Shown: positions 10,126 to 22,889 of the stretch, piece by piece | How the letters are laid out: each line of letters starts with the position of its first letter | Position numbering within the stretch: the stretch's first letter is position 1 | Source of the DNA: Marsupella aquatica | Lineage: Eukaryota > Plantae > Marchantiophyta | Length of the DNA stretch: 64,000 nt | Assembly (NCBI GenBank): GCA_973895155.1 | Contig: OZ316896.1 | Span: forward strand, 23,331,722 to 23,395,721 | Reading direction: 5' to 3' | Notes under the pieces: generated by a model | The model's input: only the letters and a program-made list of their open reading frames with translations | What the model was told of the DNA's origin: nothing | Databases searched by the model: none | Made by a program: the position numbers and the translations under genes

Positions 10126-13100
10126 TATGGCATTTAAATTAATTCTCAAGTCGAATGGAACAGGTGCATCTTGAGATGTCGCAGCTGTTTGGACCATCGA
10201 GACTCCCTGTGCTTCAAGGAACTCTACCTCGGCAGGTGATAGGTTGGTCCCTTTCACAACTGGCAAGATATCCGGCACAGGAGGAAGGCGTTCAACACCA
10301 CAACGCGGGCGGCTCTTGTAGCATGTTTTGTTTGGGCAGAACCATATCATTTCTGCAATGGGTGTGCCTCTGAAAATGCGATGTCCGCTGACAACAATGC
10401 CGACAACACCTGTTGCCGAATGGAACCCGACTTTTTTGACACAATTTCGACACTCATCCCTCTCAGAATTTCCATGCAAAGTCCCATTGCACTGAGACCC
10501 TGCCCCATATTTGGCTGTGTGCCGCAAATGCCAGGTCCCTCTAGGAACGTCCATTTCCAAAGGAGTTGACTTTGTCGGCAAACGTTGAAGAACAGTCGGA
10601 GCACTGAGTGGGGGTTGCAATGATGTTGCTGTTCCTCTGACGTCAGGTGTGTTCGCGAGGGAATCACTTCCATTCGTTGAAGTGTCGCTCCCGCCGAGGT
10701 CGACTATGGGATCTGTTACATTTGCGGGAAAGGAAGTGAAGGCAATATTGTTGAGATTCTTCCGTTTGAACCCTCAAGTGTTTGGTGTAGTGATGAGAAT
10801 GGTGTCATGCCGATGGGAGTCTTGTGGCGAGACAATCCTAGTTGCGAGTCCCTTCCTCTTAACCGACTTTGTGACAATATCTCCATTCAGAGGAGAGCTC
10901 CTATCCAAATCCAAATCAGCAGCGTTGGAAAGAATCATGTTGGTTGCTTCTTCAAATAACTTGGGTGAACCAGATTGGTCTGTGGATCGGAATGCTAATT
11001 CCCAGATAGTTGGCCCCTTCCCTCTATTGAGTCCCTTCCGATATGCGCTGTAACCCGCAACTTGTGACAGAGCTCGATTTTGATCAACTTTGCATGCTTC
11101 AAAGAGACCCACCATTTTTTTGTAGCCCATGCTTTCATGGAGGCGTGCCTTGACTCTGACCCGGTACAGTTTGGAATGAGCGCACCTTCTTTTGCGCTTT
11201 TGCTCTGCAATAAAACCCGTCCAGACAAAATTTAGTTCTTTTGTATAAGCAGCGCCAAGCGCTAGCAATGAGTAGGAGATAATAAAAGAAGGTTTATCGG
11301 TACAAGTTTTGTTTTCTGTAATGTTTGAAGGTTTTTGGAGTGAAAATTAAAGTAGCGCCTGGCGCTAGTATAAACACACAGAGGTTTGACTAATAAACGC
11401 ATCAAGAAAACTTACCACACGAATGAAATTCCTCCACTGATGCCATCAAACAACCCACCAAGATATCCAACTTTGCAACATCATCAGCTTTCCTGCGACA
11501 CAGTTTCCCGCTTGCCACCACAACACGATCTCCCTCGAAACTCGATACGCCGCAACGAATGTTGGAGCATTTCGCAGTTTCTCCCATAGTTGCCGATGTT
11601 CTGGTTGCTTACCCTCTAAAACTCCTTCTATAGAATGTCGATGGAAAGACTGGTAAAAGTGAAATGCATCAGAGCATTCACGTTCAGGGTCTGGGTGCCC
11701 TCCGAAAAAGACATTGCGAACGGCGATCCATCCAGCTTGAGCATTGTCAGCCATAAAACCTTGAATGACAACGTCCTGTAACCCATTTTCCTTACAAACC
11801 TCAATCATAATTCTCCACGCTTTCTCAAAGGACTCCGTGTCTTCAGCTTTTAGTTCGCATGTGAAGATTGTACAAAGAGCTCAGAAGTTGTGATCGTAAA
11901 CGTGTGCACTGAAAGTAAACCAATCGGTTGTCACTCGCTTCATCACATCAAAACTCACCCAAGCTCCTTCCAATCTTCCGCGGGATCTTCCGTCAGGTTG
12001 CATATGCCGGAGAAGATCTACACCAGATCCATGACCCTTGACTATCATTTTGAATATATGGGGCCTATCTGCTACACAACCCTGACCCGGCAGGAGGTAC
12101 CTTTGGAGGAAAGAAATGTTATTTGACCTTTGCATCCGAGCTAGGAAATCTAACTCACCACGACTAGCTTGGTCCATTTGAATGCTTCGACAAAGCGATT
12201 CAAATTTCTGGGGGGTAGACAGTACCATGAGAGACTTCCAAATCTCCGTTTCTTCAATATCTACTATGTCGTCAACGTTTTTGCAAAGAGCTTTCACGAG
12301 CGAACCGGTTGCAAAATTTAAAATACCAGTCGGCTTTGCTAGAGGATTGGCTTCATGATTTTTTCTTATCAAATCCTCAGCTATCTTCTCAGCGCTCCTC
12401 GAGAAAACTTTCCTACTCGGATGGTTGTGCTCACCTATATGAACTGCGAGCCGAGACATGTGACTACAGGTCTGTGTATCAAGAAGGACTTGAGGGTACA
12501 TATAAAACAAGTGAGCAGGGCAAGACTTCACACAGAAAGGAATCTGCTCACAATAGTGACAGACTACACCACCCTCTTCAATCAACGAACCCACCACGTG
12601 CTGGCCATTGAGTTTAGGAGCACCATGCCAGGCCTTTGCATTGCATCTCTTCTTTCGCTGAAAGTACTCACAGGACTTGTTCCTGCACTCGATGAACCCG
12701 GTACAGGTAACCTTACCAAATTCCCAATGTTTCTTTGGATGCACGTTCACAGTTGTCGGAAAAATTTGGGTCCAAATGTAACAATCTTTGGCGCGGTCCA
12801 TGTCACAAAGTCTAGATCCCTTGGAGAGCATTCCCTCAATGGGAGGCAGTTCAAATACAACATTTCCATTGTACTTGTCTGGAAAACAAGGAACTTACTC
12901 ATGTCGGAAGTCCCCTGCCGAGATAAATCTTGACAGTTCACTATGTCCTGTGGCCTTGAGTAAGGCGTCCATCGCACTCCTCCAGTAGACTTTATGACCA
13001 ACTCCAGAGGTAGCCACCGGCTCATCCTTAACAAAAGCGGAAACCGGAACTTTGTACTGCAATGGAGGAGTGGGTGCAACATCACCATCTTCACTGTCAG

Positions 13101-13458
13101 ATATGTCAACAACAACAACACGAATGTTCCCAACTACTGGTTCCGGAGCGACACGTCTGACATTAAGCGTGTAACTAAGCCCGGCATTCATGATATGCCA
13201 AAAGCGTACTCCCTCATCTACATCGAATGCCGCAGCCCATTGAAGTTCTCCACTCGTCGATTCCTGCGCAACAATGGACTCAATATCATTCATCCTCCAA
13301 TCAAATCTCTCGCAAAGGTAGGTTTCACTAACTTGCTTGTAAGCATCAGAAACTTGCACGGGGATCTTGACGACGTCTCCAGTACAAGCACGTGTAATTA
13401 CAATTGAGCGAGACATTGTGGAGAAAATAAAGGAATCAACAAAGTGAATTCCTCCCAA
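10123..13458 (-). pseudogene. Mutator-like (MULE) transposase with N-terminal GCM-like zinc domain; frameshifted, one predicted intron
   Basis: GKVTCTGFIECRNKSC...CHYC...C...HIGEHNHP (GCM-like); VSFD, FMADNAQAGWIAVRNVF...CSDAFH (MULE core); after a GT-AG intron (~11414-11206) NCTGSESRHASMK; Cys-rich C-terminus. Split over several ORFs. Confidence 0.7.
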
Positions 13459-14039
13459 ATAGAATGCTTATACTAATGCGTGAAGACGACTGACCGCTAT
13501 AAAAGTTGTTTGAATACGACATAGAATTGTGTCCGTTGAAATCATAAATGTAGAGTTTGTCCTTTTTGCCCTGGTAAGTGCGGGTGTCAGGGATATTTAT
13601 TGTGTCAAAATGAACACATATAGGCCAAGATAATTCACATGATTTCAGCAGCGCCTGGCGCTACCAAAAATTCCAGGATTTATGAGGTTAGAATTGAGTC
13701 ACACACCAGACTAGCGTCGGGCGCTAGCATTACAGTGGACACCAATAAGTCTACTTTTTTGTATCTAAACATGCAATATCATCCAAATTTAAGCACCATT
13801 CAGGGATATATGTACTAGCGCCGGGCGCTAGTATTGGTACACCATATGTAAGGACCAAATGTGAACGAAATTAAACGTCCTACGTCCTAAAGTTCTTCAT
13901 TTTCAAAAAATTTCACATAAACTGGGACCAAAAACATAACCGTGAATAGACCACGGAATGGGTAGCGCCTGGTGCTATCTATTGGACACATTAAACTTTA
14001 TGACCAATGTGGGTACAGTTTGACTGGCGCTCGGCGCTA
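11251..14039. repeat. Seven dispersed palindromes, consensus TAGCGC-NNN-GCGCTA
   Basis: Copies at ~11251, 11353, 13650, 13711, 13813, 13963 and 14025. Confidence 0.85.
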
Positions 14040-14534
14040 GCAATGCATTATCAAGTTTTAGTAGTCTGGTCAACGGTAATATTTAACGGTAACTACGGTT
14101 AGCGTGATCTTCACAAAACAGTTTAGCGGATTTTACATTAATATCTATCACGATTCTTATATTTTCGCTTTGTTTTAACGATAAGTAATACCCAATTTCA
14201 TTGTAATGTCTCTTAAATAGATTACATGGAGGGAGATAGCACTGATCAACCGGGTATAATACTCCATCAACTGTTAATTTGGTACGGAGATTCAGTACTC
14301 GATCGTGAGAATTGTAGTGTACGACCGTTCGTACAACACTCATCTCGGGAGCCGATGGATGCAGTCCCCTTCTTGTCGAGGGGGTATAGTGTTGTTGGGG
14401 ATCATGATCGTGGCTATTGCGAGTCTTTTGAGTCTTCATTTTCAGGTTTGGTGTATACACATCGAGTGACGAGGTCAAGCACATCGCTTGTTCCCATCTC
14501 AAGTAATTTGTTTCCAAAGCCGACGCGAAAAAAG

Positions 14535-14773
14535 ATGGAGAATGTAGACACATTTGCAATCGGAGATGTCTCGTTCTCGGAGACCGACCTTATTTCAAAA
14601 CATGTCATGTTCTTTGGGAAGGATTTCCGAGGGTTTAACAAAGAGCCTCCTAGGATTCCGCTATGTCGGTTGGTGCATATGGAGGTCGTCCGCACTTTGC
14701 AGAAAGATAGCTCCTCCATCGACAAGTTGAAAGACTCTTTCCGTAGTATGGGATACAATTCATCGATAGGTAT
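14535..14773 (+). pseudogene. Truncated ORF, possibly ParB/Srx-like N-terminus, divergent from the MULE transposase
   Basis: RIPLCRLVHMEVVRTLQKDSSSIDKLKDSFRSMGY fits the ParB-type pattern (IPL..L....R......I..L..SF...G); cut by LTR copy C'. Confidence 0.4.
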
Positions 14774-15628
14774 GAGGCGTGAGTGGGCAGGGCGGGCGCT
14801 GATCTCCAAGTTTAGACTTAGGATCAGGACCAGGAGGCGGCCCTGACACTTAGATTAGTGGGATTGCAGATCCTTGGGTAAGGGCGACACTTGTGCTCTT
14901 GCCTCTCTGTACATAGGTAGATTACAATTAGGTAGATTAGGCTTACGCTGCAAGGAATTGGGCGGATCCACAGTCAGGATAAGTACTTGGGCTGCGGGGA
15001 GCAAGGAGCCTCTTCTTTAGCAAGTTTTTAGTTGCACCAGCAGGGCTGGGATCAAGTAGTAAGAGAAGCTCTCAGTTAGTTATGCAGTGACCCTTGTGTA
15101 TCATCATGTTTCCTCATGCCTAAGAGCTGAATAGAGTTGGCCTCACGGCTTAGTTTGCAGAGCTTGTGTGTGAGATGTACTGTTTGTATGGCAAGTGCAT
15201 GGTATAACTCAGTCAGAAGGAGTCATTATGCTATTTGTGTGTCGCATTAACTTGTGTGAAGAGTGCCCACATCAACTAAGATAGGAAGGAAAGTAAGCAA
15301 GGGAGTGAGAGCTGGATGTGTCGAGCTGAGAGAGGTCTTAGCGGCTTAACCAAGCCAATTGGGGATCATTCCGGCGGCGGAATCCAAATATACCTAAAGA
15401 AGACGAGGGGAAGGCAAGGTAAGGCCTAGATTAGGCCGGCTACGTATCTCATGACCCAATGAAGGATCTGTCCAGTATATGTGTGTAAAGTGTTAATAAT
15501 AGCAGTAGAGGATTAGCAGCGTCCCATGCCGCTAAGCCGCGGAAACGGCCTCGCCGAGGATGAAACCTGCGGGAATCGGCTTGTGCAGGGGGGTTTCTTG
15601 GGTTTGGGGAGCCATGGGACGCACCACA
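14768..15628 (+). repeat. Family-1 5' LTR remnant, copy C' (last ~860 bp; same subfamily as copy C)
   Basis: Shares diagnostic variants with copy C (e.g. TTTAGACTTAGG); ends GCACCACA immediately before PBS and gag. Confidence 0.9.
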
Positions 15629-15632
15629 TTTT

Positions 15633-15651
15633 TGGCGCTAGATGGAGGGGG
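15633..15651 (+). promoter_or_regulatory. Primer-binding site of family 1 (TGGCGCTAGATGGAGGGGG)
   Basis: TGG start 4 nt after the LTR-terminal CA and upstream of gag; cognate tRNA not determined. Confidence 0.75.
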
Positions 15652-15889
15652 CATTTCTTAAGCCGTGAGATATGAAGTTAGGAAGGAAGCGTAGGTAATG
15701 ACTGACCCTACGCCGAGGGAGGAAAGAGCGATTCAACGGGAGAGAGCTCGTCTGCAGCAGCTCGCCGGGTGGCATGATACATAACGACTGAGAGGGGCAG
15801 AAAGAGCTAGTAGCTCCGTAACTGAAAGTGGCATCGAAGAAGACATACCAGAAGAAGAGTCGGTAAGGAGAAGTGAGTCTCCAACCGAC

Positions 15890-16462
15890 ATGGGGGAACC
15901 AGAGACACGGCCAAACGAGAGGCCAGGGACCAGACTGAGCCAACGGTCGCGCATTCATTACAAGGCCTTTCATGGGAGAGGAGATGAGGATCCGAACGAA
16001 TGGTTGGATGACTTCGAGGGAACCGCTACAGCAAATGGAGAATCGGCCATCAAGATGCAAATTCTTTCCGGCCTGTTCAAAGGTGAGGCTAGGCCGTGGT
16101 ACAGAGCATTGGACGTGGAAGATCAAGCCATCTGGAATACTTTCAGATCACTATTTGTCAAAGAATTTTGACCCATTGGAACTTCAGAGTTAGCAGTGCT
16201 GAAGTTGGGACGACTTTGGTTCAAGGAGAACAAATCCTTCAAAAAGTTCTTGCAACGCTTCCAAAAGCTGGTAAGACGTACAAAGACCAATGCATCTGAA
16301 GGTATGCAACTTCAATGGTTAGTGAATGCTTTGCCACAAAAGATGAGTTTTGCAATTAGGAAGGAGAACCCAGAGACCTTGGCCGAGGCAATTAAGGATA
16401 TTCAATTATACATTAATGCAGATATCACAAGCCGGAAGAAACAGCTTAAGTCTGAGAGTTCC
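15890..16462 (+). pseudogene. Retrotransposon gag fragment (in-frame stop; truncated by LTR copy D)
   Basis: FHGRGDEDPNEWLDDF, FKGEARPWY, WNTFRSLFVKEF (Retrotrans_gag-like); ORFs 15890..16171 and 16196..16474 are in the same frame. Confidence 0.85.
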
Positions 16463-19400
16463 TGTGATGCCTAGCCAGGAATCACTCGGCCAGTGAAGTG
16501 GGTAAAGCAAGAATGCACCCTGGAAACACCTTAGTATAGGGACAAAACAAGGAAAATATAAACAATTAGGGGCGACTATGGAACCCGGGCCGAGGCCGGA
16601 GGTAAGGGCGCTGGGGGTGAAAACTCGATTAGGGTTAGGGCGCGCTAAGCGTCGGCGGCTAGGAAGGATCAACGGGAGGAAGGACCGGAAGAGGAGAGGG
16701 GTAAGGAGCGCTTGCAAGAGATGGTGGCTCATTTGTGAGCACGAACTAGGCAGACGACTACGGGAGGCCAACTACTGTCAGTTGCTTAGGCAAGCACTCG
16801 GGGAGAGAATAGATACTAACGATCGACCTAAGGAGGGTATGAGCAACGTCAATCAAGCGGCACATTTCTGGGGATGCCTGTTCGAACGGGCAACTGAGTA
16901 CATCAAGACTTACGAGGACGAGGAATCAGAAAGGGCAGCTCGAGAACGGCAGGAGCTCGCTCGATTGTGGGAGCTGCAGAAGACGGCTTTCGTAGGAGGC
17001 GAACTCATCAAGGACGAGTTCTTGTGGACTCCTACTTCCAATCAGCTCGACGATCTTCTGTTTTGCAAAGACAGCGTCGTCAGCATCCGAGAGGTCATCA
17101 AGAACTGCAACGACATACACTGGGAATTGAAGGGTAGCACGGAAAGGTGGACCCAGGCAACGGTGCTAGGAGAAACCTCCACGGCAGCAGAGATGAAGAG
17201 GAAGGGAGCCGTCAACAATGAAGCCACCCCGGCAAAAAGAACGAGGTCGGCGGCACCAAAGAAGCCAGCCGAGTAGCAGAGCAGGAGGCAGGGAGAAGCC
17301 GAAGAGGAAGAGGTTGATCCCATCAAGGCCATTCCAACCAGGGATGACACCTGGAAGGGCTGGGCGGCAACCCTACCAGTGGAGGTGCAACTACATTTTG
17401 CACGGGAGGAGGATGCATGCTTTACGGCCATGCAGACCAAGAAGTACCAAGGCTTCATGGCCGGATCCGGCTTAGAGGCCTTTGTAAGATTACCATGGCT
17501 GAAGCCGGAAGTACCGGATTCAGACCTATTAGAATTCGTGGGGTCATGGGAACCCGAGACCAATTGCACGAGGATATATGGGAAGGATTTCTATCTTACT
17601 CCCAAAGTGATTGCCGAAGTGTTTGGCTTGCCGATAGGCAATAAGACCAAAGTTGATACCAGGAAGACCTTGCCTGACAAGGAGTTCCGGTCGTTCCCCG
17701 GGCCATCAACGAAGAATGGCTTCTTCCGGAACACCTGCACCAACCCGCACATAGGAGAGATGATCGACTTCTTGAGGGTGACCATGCATTGTAACTTGCC
17801 GAGGGCAGAGATCGGCAAGGCACAGGTCTATCTGGCAGAGAGGCCAGACCCAAGCCGGGACTACAACGGGTACCTCCTCAACCAATTGAAGAAGATCTTA
17901 AAGGAGGAGCAGCAGGTAATCGGCATGGGGAGCGTGTCGCGGCTTGGCTATCACATGCCGTTGTTGTGCCGGTATGCCAGAGGTCAGACTTTTGCCCCAG
18001 TACTTCCCCTGCAGGTAAGGGCACCCGAGGAAGCTCCAGCACCGAGGCCGGTAGCAGAGAAGCCTCAACCACCTGTTAGCCCTACGATCGAGCAGGTGTT
18101 TAGACCAAGGAAGGAGGACTTGCCGATGCAGCAACCAGGCATGCAGAGTCTGTTGAAACTACTGGAGAAAGAGAAGAGATCGGCATCGGCAACGGCAATG
18201 GCAACAATGCAGGACACTACTCCATAGGTAGGCTTACACCGGCTTACAAAAGAAAACCCCTTTGCTGGAGACAAGGAGAGAATCAGGCCAGAATCCAAGC
18301 TAGGTGTTCGAATGTATGTGGGAGTCTCAAGCTCTGAATCTGAGGCAGAATTGCCTGAAGCTCCTACCGACGAAGAGGAGAGGGAGAAGCCGGACGTCCA
18401 AGAAGTAGAGGAGGCAGTGGAGGACTGCAGCCATGATAACTCCGGCTATGGGTCGGACCATCATGTTCCAGGAGTAAGGACCTGTGGCCGGTTTGTCCCC
18501 ACACTTCCAAGGGTAGTACGAGGGGACCCCAACCAGCAGAGTAGCCCTGAGTCTCCCCCACCAGATGTTGCTCCCCCGAGCTTTGACGGCATAAAACAGA
18601 CGGCACAGGAATTTCAGGAGCGAATCAGGCAGGAAGAGGAGGCAGCCCTGGCTAGAGAAAAGGATTTTCCAGGAGGAGATTGGCCGGAGGACATCAGGCG
18701 GCTAGCCGAAAAAGGAAGCAAACCTCTAGCCACGATTGAAGAGATCCGCAAGACGGCTTGGGAGCAGAGGCCGCGATGGGCGATGCCGATCACTTCTACT
18801 TACTCCACCTACGCTAAGAATAGAGCCATGGAGTATGGTGAGATGTGTGGGGAACTTGCGCTCGGCATCTTTGGAGAGGAGTTGGAGGTAGGACCCTTTT
18901 TCCATAGGGAGCAGTTGGAGAAGCACCAATTAGAAGAAGCGGTGGCTTTAGAGAGAAGCAAGAAGGATGAGGTCATTCGGCGGCTTAGGAGGATGGAAGC
19001 CAAGATTGAAGATCTAAGGGCGGCCAAGAAAGCCCAAGATGAACTGCAGATTAAACGACATTAGCTGAACATCATGCAGGGGCAGTTGGACACCGCGCAG
19101 GCTGATAATCAGAATATCAAGGATAAACTGACTCAGACGCAGGGAGAGTTGGCCGATACGATCAAAGAGAGGGAGAAATGGAAGCGAGAGCTGAGGAATG
19201 CAGAGGAGGCCCACATAACAGCCAACAGCCGGGCCATGGCGGAAACCCAAAGAAAGGAATGGGCGTTGAAGGGGGAGCTCGAGAAAATCCGCGGAGCCCT
19301 TGAGCAGAAGGAGGCCGAGTTAGGAAAATCCTATCAAGGGATTATGGCGCTGCAGCAGGAGCTTGCGTCCCTAACGGCCAGCTTCAAGGCCGACCTAAGG

Positions 19401-21127
19401 GAGAAGGACGAGATGCTCGATCAGACTTACGCCAAGATGAATCAGATGGAGTCTGTCATCATTGCAGAGCTCGACAAGGAGCTAAGAGCAACCCGGGAGG
19501 AGAGGGCTACCTTGAAGAAAGAACGGGAGGAAGCCCAGAAGGAATTAGAGGAGGCGCGCAAGGACCTGGATGAGACCCAGGAGGAGTTGGAGGAAATCAC
19601 GAGGAAGATGGAGAACCTCCAGCAGCGGGCCGACAACCAAACAGAGCGGCTGAAGAAACAAGCCGCAGTATTTAAGTGCTTGTCTTCATCAGGCCCAACT
19701 CCAATTGGGGCAACCAAGTTACCAGGAGTGGCACTGGCCGAAGAAAAAGCCGCGCCACCTGCACCAGTGCCGGAAGTAAGTGGGAAGGGGAAGGGACCAG
19801 CTGCCGAACCAGAAAAGAAGAAGAAGCGGAAACCTTCAGGGTCAAGGAGTAATACGACTCCACTAGCCGTGGTGACCAAGGAGGTAGACCCAGCACCAAC
19901 CTCCGGCATGAACACAGAAATAGATCCCGCTATCACCAAGGGTGGGGAAGGTGCGGTCCAAGCCGAACTACTCAATCATGAGGCCGGTATCCTAGATCCG
20001 CCTCTTGAGCAAGCCGGGGAAACCGTAGCCGAGGCTGAGGCCGTAGCCGGGAATGATTCCTGAGCCGATGCCGACGCCGATGGTGGACCCAGTCAGGCCG
20101 ATGGAGAGTTGACTCAGTCAAGGGCAGGTAATTTGTCAGAAAACGAACCTACGGCAGTGGCTGAGGAGGAAGCGTTGGGGGCGTCCATTGAGGATCCACC
20201 ACCGGTGTCGTGACGGTGCAAGGGCGTCGTTCCTTTTAGGAAGGGCGGACGTGGAGGGAGGAGGCGTGAGTGGGCAGGGCGGGCGCTGATCTCCAAGTTT
20301 AGGATTAGGATCAGGACCAGGAGCGGCCCTGACACTTAGCTTAGTGGGATTGCGGTTCCACTGGTAGGAGCAACACTTGTGCTCCTGCCTTACTGTACAT
20401 AGGTAGTTTCGGGCAGGTAGATTACTGTTAGGTAGATTAGGCTTACGCTGCAAAGAATTAGGCGGATCCACTACCAGGATAAGTACCTGGGCAGCGGGGA
20501 GCTCAGGGTCTCTTCTTTAGCAAGTTTTTAGTTTGCACCAGCCGGGCTGGGATCAAGTATTAAGAGAAGCTCTCGGTTAGTCATACAGTGACCCTTGTGT
20601 ATATTCATGTTTCCTCATGCCTAAGAGCTGAATAGAGTTGGCCTCACGGCTTAGTTCGCAGAGCTTGTGTATGAGATGTACTGTTTGTATGGCAAGTGCA
20701 TGGTATGACTCAGTCAGAATGAGTCATTTTGCTATTTGTGTGTCGCATTAACTTGTGTGAAGAGTGCCCACATCAACCAGAAGGAAGGAAAGTAAGCAGG
20801 GGAGTGAGAGTTGGATGTGTCGAGCTGAGAGAGGTCTTAGCGGCTTAACCAAGCCTATTGGGGATCATTCCGGCGGCGGAATCCAAACATACCTAACAAG
20901 ACGGAGGGGAAGACGAGGGAAGGCCTAGATTAGGCCGGCTACGTATCTCATGACCCGATGAAGGATCTGTCCAGTATATGTGTGTAAATTGTTAATAGTA
21001 GTAGGAGAAGGTTAGCAGCGTCCCATGCCGCTAAGCCACGGAAACGGCCTCGCCAAGCGCGAAACCTGCGGGAATCGGCTTGAGCTGGGGGGTTTCTTGG
21101 GTTTAGGGAGCCATGGGACGCACCATA
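16463..21127 (+). mobile_element. Family-1 full-length LTR, copy D (4665 bp, no TSD)
   Basis: Starts TGTGATGCCTAG, ends GCACCATA (terminal CA changed to TA); colinear with B and E. Confidence 0.92.
16578..20213 (+). pseudogene. LTR-encoded protein, copy with several premature stops
   Basis: ORFs 16578..17276, 17379..18227, 18312..19064 and 19074..20063 tile the 1211-aa protein of copy E. Confidence 0.9.
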
Positions 21128-22111
21128 GGAGGTGTAGGTGCGGGTACGGGCACGGGTTGGCCGACACTGGTCATTGATGGTAGAGTTGCCATGAAATTCT
21201 GCAAGTGCCAGTGGAGGTTTTCTGACGCAAGTGGAGATGGTCATGTCGACCGGGTAGTGTTGAACTCGCCGGTAATGATAGCCCGGACCCGAGCGGGGAT
21301 GTGGTCGAAGTGGTGCCTCTGTAAATCGATCGTGCCCGGAATATTGAAGACCTCGTCCGGAAGGCGAAGCAGTGCTTCCCAGAAGCCGATGTATTTGCCT
21401 TCGTCAAAAAAGTACCCTGATACCTCCTCGGGTCGGTAAAGCTCGCTCTGGGATGGGTACTCAAAGTTAAGGAGATAGTGGTGGCGGCCTGCTAGGCAGA
21501 TGGCTCTCTCGTATTCGCGTTCGATCTCGTAACGGCGCAGGTTGGCATGTTTCAATGAGTCGGCCAAGTGTCCTCCGATAGACAGGAACTGAGTCCAAAA
21601 TCGTATGGCCGAACTGGAAAGGATCGTGTGCGACATTCAGAGGAGATAGCAGGTGACTAAGGAAAAGCGAGAGAGCTAGGATTAGAGCTGGCGCGTGGAC
21701 TGGAGAGCTTGGTGCACTGCAAAGGATCGGCCCCCTTTTTATACCCTGAGAGCTCGTCGATCGCCCGACGCCTCCTCATCGCTTATAGGTTGAGCCTTTC
21801 ACGCTCGTAGTATACCGGCCCCTGCTCCAGTCCGGGTCAGCTCGTGTTAGTGGCCGCCTCCCGGAGCTCGTTATACGGACCCGAGGGAGGGGGAAAAAGG
21901 GCCCATGACACGCTCGCAACCCGGGCGTGCGAATGGCGATCCGCCGCCAGCCCGAACATGGATTCCCCTTATTGACTAAGGATTTCCTACTCATAATGGC
22001 TACCTAAGTACTATTGTTATGCTAATAATAACGGCCTCAGATACCCCTAACGCACGTGCTAAGCGCGGTTAGACTGAATTACTCAATACCCATCGTACCG
22101 GTGGCGTCACA
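21128..22111 (-). mobile_element. Family-2 LTR-like repeat, copy 1 (5' ~1 kb, interrupted by family-1 LTR D)
   Basis: Minus strand starts TGTGACGCCACCGGTAC; homologous to 58160-59153; contains a TATAAAAAGGGG box and an ORF. Confidence 0.75.
21241..21636 (-). CDS. Family-2 ORF of unknown function (131 aa to a TGA; the frame continues to the insertion point at 21128)
   Basis: MSHTILSSSAIRFWTQF...; conserved with 58637-59153 with many synonymous changes. Confidence 0.6.
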   Translation of the reverse strand: MSHTILSSSAIRFWTQFLSIGGHLADSLKHANLRRYEIEREYERAICLAGRHHYLLNFEYPSQSELYRPEEVSGYFFDEGKYIGFWEALLRLPDEVFNIPGTIDLQRHHFDHIPARVRAIITGEFNTTRST

Positions 22112-22889
22112 CATTCTCTGCCTGTAATGCTCTAGAACTCTGGCTAAGAAGATTACTCCTCTTTGAGGGAGTGTTACTATCGGGAAAGAAGTGAAAGCAA
22201 ATTCAAAGTGGATCAGAGATTGAAAAGAGAAAATTGTGAACCTTTTAGGGTTGGGAACAATGGGAAAGAAGAGAGAGAAGAACAACAATCCTTGTTTCCT
22301 CGGTAAAAGTGGCACGCGATCTTGGTGTTTAGGGACTTTAAATCTGAAGTGGTAAGTGCATTAGGGAAAGAACTATCTTGATTACAGCACGGGGTGTAAC
22401 TGGGAGTAGACAACGAGACGCGGCTTGTTACGAAGGAGAATTTTAGGTGGAGCGATCGAAATGGAAGGGCTCTAGATTTGGTGAGCTCTCATTGTTTCTT
22501 ATTTCTTATGCGCATGGATAAGTCTTAGATAGAGTAAAATAGTGTGATTGCCTCGTGAAACAGCCATTTCGCTTGCTAGTGGATCAGGTTACTGCGCTTG
22601 GCTTCAACTGAGAAGGGTTAGCAAACGTATGTCGCGCTATCGGAACGTTGGCCGCATGGAGGGCCGGGGCAGAGGCTCGGGGCATAGGTACTCGGGTAAC
22701 AAACGGACAGATGCGTAAGGCGGAGCTAATCACTGGTCTTATTCCGGGGTGCGACAAGGAGACAGCATGCGCTCCCAGGGAAATGGTGTTGAGCCACTTG
22801 GCAAAGAAGTGGCTTCCGTGCTTGGTGGACCGAGTCAAGATGTCAGAGCGACGACGAGCTCCAGACATCCCCATTTGCGAGCTGATGGT

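Noticed and set aside
13640-14045. Palindromic repeat array as CRISPR
   Set aside because: Repeats are only ~15 bp and degenerate, spacing is irregular, no cas genes, eukaryotic context.
16628-16641. Telomere-like TTAGGGTTAGGG in the LTR (and CCTAAACCCTGAACCCTG near 41591)
   Set aside because: Only two or three units; may be a telo-box or chance.
16463-22111. Composite unit with 9-bp terminal inverted repeats (TGTGATGCC...GGCGTCACA; also 58160-63815) as a DNA transposon
   Set aside because: No TSDs, and copy E is preceded by PPT and integrase; better explained by two LTR starts in opposite orientation.
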